From positions 141,487 through 205,486 of the forward strand of contig CAWJBB010000079.1 of NCBI GenBank assembly GCA_963840855.1: a DNA stretch of 64,000 nucleotides. The letters are read 5' to 3'. The notes under the pieces are model-generated. The model was not told the DNA's origin and ran no database searches. It was given only the letters and a program-made list of their open reading frames with translations. This document shows, piece by piece, positions 61,336 to 64,000 of this stretch (position 1 is its first letter; the number at the start of each line of letters is the position of its first letter). A program made the position numbers and the translations under genes. This DNA is from an uncultured delta proteobacterium. Lineage in GTDB: Bacteria > Desulfobacterota > Binatia > UBA9968.

Positions 61336-62088
61336 TTATATGTGTCCGACGATGTGGTGCACGATTTCCTTTTGATACTCGAGGAACTCGACACTCAAGA
61401 TGTCTCGAGGTCTCGGCAGCGCGATCTTCACCTGGGCCTTCACTGTCCCGGGATGCGGCGAAAAAACGATGACACGATCTGCCAGGTATACGGCCTCGGC
61501 CACGTTGTGAGTCACGTAAATCACCGTCTTCTTGGTTTCTCTCCAGACATCCACCAGGAAACGCTGCATCTCTTCACGCGTGAGGGCATCCAGCGCCGCA
61601 AAGGGCTCATCCATCAGCAGCACCGCCGGATTGTACGCAAGGGCGCGGGCGATGGCAACGCGCTGCTGCATTCCCCCGGAGAGCTCGTGCGGATAGGATC
61701 GGGCAAACTTCTCGAGGTTCACGAGCCGGAGGAATCGAAGGGCAATCTCCTTCCTCTCTTCTTTTGAGATCCCCTTCATCTCCAAGCCGAACTCCACGTT
61801 GCGCTGAGCCGTTCTCCAGGGAAAAAGCTGGGCGAAGTCCTGAAACACGACGCCGCGGTCAAGCCCCTTGCCGGTCACGGCCTTCCCGCCGATCAGGATT
61901 CCTCCTCTCGTGGGTTCTAGGAAGCCGGCGACGATATTGAGCATCGTAGTCTTGCCGCAGCCGCTCTGACCAACCACACATAAGAATTCTGACGGCTCGA
62001 CGCTAAAGCTGACATCTTGAAGCGCCGTCACCGGGCTGTCGGTGGACTCATATTCAAGGCTGATGTTGCGAAGTTCGATCTGATGCAT
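61336..62088 (-). CDS. ABC ATPase, SsuB/TauB/NitT family
   Basis: [26 protein letters not shown]. Confidence 0.95.
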   Translation of the reverse strand: MHQIELRNISLEYESTDSPVTALQDVSFSVEPSEFLCVVGQSGCGKTTMLNIVAGFLEPTRGGILIGGKAVTGKGLDRGVVFQDFAQLFPWRTAQRNVEFGLEMKGISKEERKEIALRFLRLVNLEKFARSYPHELSGGMQQRVAIARALAYNPAVLLMDEPFAALDALTREEMQRFLVDVWRETKKTVIYVTHNVAEAVYLADRVIVFSPHPGTVKAQVKIALPRPRDILSVEFLEYQKEIVHHIVGHI

Positions 62089-62089
62089 T

Positions 62090-62885
62090 CTATCCCTTGC
62101 CGGCCTTCACCATTCCCCAGCGGCCTACCGTTCGTTGCTCGATGGTTTGGAAAATCAGCCGTTCAAAAACAAATCCAATAATACCGATAACCGCGAGGCT
62201 CGCCATCATGACGTCGGTATTGAGAAATTCCTTGGAATCGAAGATCACCCAGCCCAGCCCCCAATTCGTGGCGGCGATCATCTCACCGCCTACCACAGCG
62301 ATCCACGCCCGAGCGAACGCTTGGCGAAGACCGGTGATAACGAACGCAAGTGACGCCGGTAACACAACTTTCTGAAACAGCGCCTTCTCATCGGCCCCCA
62401 TGGCCTCCGCGGAGCGGATCCAGAGCCGATTGACCGAGCGCACCCCAGTCCAGGTGTTATAGATCACCGGAAACGTGGCTGCGTAGAAGACCAGCGCGAT
62501 CGTGGCCGCATTGCCGAGGCCGAACCAGAGGATGAAAACCGGAACCCACGCCAGCGACGGAATCGGCATGAGAACGCTCACCAGAGGAAGGAAGAAACGC
62601 TCCACGCGGCGAAAACGTCCCATCAAGATGCCGATGGGAACCCCTACGGCGCCTGCCAAGACGAATCCAAAGAGGACACGGTAAAGGGTGTAAAGTGTAT
62701 GACGAAGGATCGCGCCGCTGAGGACCATCCGACCGAGAGCTGAGCCGATCAATACTACGGAGGGAGCCAGCGCAGGGGCAAAGAGCCCGCTCCGAGCGAA
62801 TGCTTCCCAGATGAGACAGGCGAGGCCCACCGAGCAAATAGCCGCAAAGGTGGCGCGTATCGGATTGCGTGTCCTCCGTCAACAT
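62090..62885 (-). CDS. ABC permease, SsuC/TauC-like (5' end probably frameshifted)
   Basis: PIPSLAWVP, LWFGLG, AEAMGA (EAA-like), GLGW. Confidence 0.88.
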
Positions 62886-62968
62886 TTTCGAATCTCAAAG
62901 TAAGGTTCGACGATCAAAGGCCTGGTACTGAACCTTGAACCCGGAAATTGAACTATAACGGCGCGCCA

Positions 62969-63742
62969 TCATGCCTCCATCATACCCCAGCGCACGAGCG
63001 TTGACTCCTCGAGCTTTTGGAAAACCAGCTTCTCCAGCAGGAATCCGACAAGTCCGATAACCGCAATACCGGCCATCATGACGTCCGTGTTGAGGAACTC
63101 GCGCGCGCCGAAGATCAGCCAACCAAGTCCGAGCTTCACCGAGGTCAGCATCTCGACGGCAACGAGCACTCGCCAGGCCCGAGCCAATCCCAATCTCAAT
63201 CCCGTTAAGATATGTGGCAGGGCGCCCGGTACAACAACCTTCCAGAAGAGCTGGCGATCCTTGGCGCCCATCGCCTGCGCCGCTCTGATCCAGATCTCCT
63301 TTACCGCTTTCACGCCGGTCCAGGTGTTCAGGACGATAGGGAAGGTCGCGGCGAAAGCAACGAGAAGGACAGCCGGAAGATTACCGAGTCCGAACCACAG
63401 GACGAACAGCGGCGCATAAGCCAGCCCGGGAATGGGATTGCCGATGCTGACCAGCGGCAAGAAGAAGTCTTCCGCCCACCGGTACCGGCCGATAATGATT
63501 CCTGATCCGACTCCGATTAACGCGGCGAGAAGAAACGCGAGGATCAGTCGGAGCAGCGTGCTGGAAGCATGGATAAGAAGAATTCCGTTGCCGACCAGGC
63601 GGACAAAGGTCGAAACGATGGTTTCAACGCTTGGAAAAAGCTTCGGCGGGAACGGCCCCAAAAGAGCAAAAGCCTCCCATAGAATTGCCACGACAACAAA
63701 GGGAAGAATAGCCTCAGCAACGGGGACCAACCTACGTCGCAT
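62969..63742 (-). CDS. ABC permease, SsuC/TauC-like
   Basis: PIPGLAYAP, LWFGLG, AAQAMGA, GLGW. Confidence 0.9.
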   Translation of the reverse strand: MRRRLVPVAEAILPFVVVAILWEAFALLGPFPPKLFPSVETIVSTFVRLVGNGILLIHASSTLLRLILAFLLAALIGVGSGIIIGRYRWAEDFFLPLVSIGNPIPGLAYAPLFVLWFGLGNLPAVLLVAFAATFPIVLNTWTGVKAVKEIWIRAAQAMGAKDRQLFWKVVVPGALPHILTGLRLGLARAWRVLVAVEMLTSVKLGLGWLIFGAREFLNTDVMMAGIAVIGLVGFLLEKLVFQKLEESTLVRWGMMEA

Positions 63743-64000
63743 GGTCAGGAGAGAACAAGGCTTAAAGCCCGGCCTTGGCCTTTCCTTCAACCGGGGTGAA
63801 CCCTCATTACTCCAACTCGGAAAAGATGTCCAGCGCGCTCCACGCGCCGATCATCTCGCCTTCGGGTTGGTAGACGCGTGCCATCAATTTACACGCCGGA
63901 TTGCGGTAGAACTCGACGTCCCAGACTTTGACTCGTTGGTTCGAAGGATCGTGGACAGTTGTCATCTGTCATCTTATCCCCCTGTCACCTAGACCGATAA

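Noticed and set aside
63806-63975. Minus-strand fragment VKVWDVEFYRN...LMARVYQPEG resembling an alpha/beta-hydrolase N-terminus
   Set aside because: Very short, no catalytic motif, ends in stops; cannot be supported without a search.
233-63992. Many long antisense or overlapping ORFs (e.g. 233..946, 10013..10804, 14266..15105, 29003..29782, 32989..34119)
   Set aside because: Shadow frames of well-supported genes in GC-rich DNA with no motifs.
1-64000. CRISPR array, rRNA, tRNA
   Set aside because: No regularly spaced repeat-spacer run or recognisable structural RNA by eye; a tRNAscan/Infernal run would be decisive.

Overview
GC-rich bacterial window, probably from a long-read metagenome assembly: single-base frameshifts, several in homopolymer runs, break many genes. 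The gene style resembles Binatota/deltaproteobacteria-like genomes (inference). Main result: a ~24-kb minus-strand locus (6630-30937) with six paralogous signal-peptide amidohydrolase-3 (YtcJ-like) genes with a non-canonical active site. Five of them sit directly upstream of a paralogous exported single-domain rhodanese; the sixth is followed by CopC. The locus also holds a CopD-cytochrome c-redoxin fusion and ends in an MxaKLRSAC/Bat-like MoxR-vWA module; a duplicated porin is transcribed divergently. The only Cys-free amidohydrolase is paired with the only Cys-free rhodanese, which suggests direct functional coupling. The rest: a 6.49-kb tandem duplication of the MoxR module, five TPR lipoproteins, a decayed DUF4338-IS4 element, MITE/REP-like repeats, and catabolic/transport genes (CocE, cyclase, PuuE-like, M24, ACMSD-like, TTT, SsuABC-like ABC) with a further 2.28-kb duplication. 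No rRNA, tRNA or CRISPR array was seen. All family calls come from motifs read by eye, not database searches.
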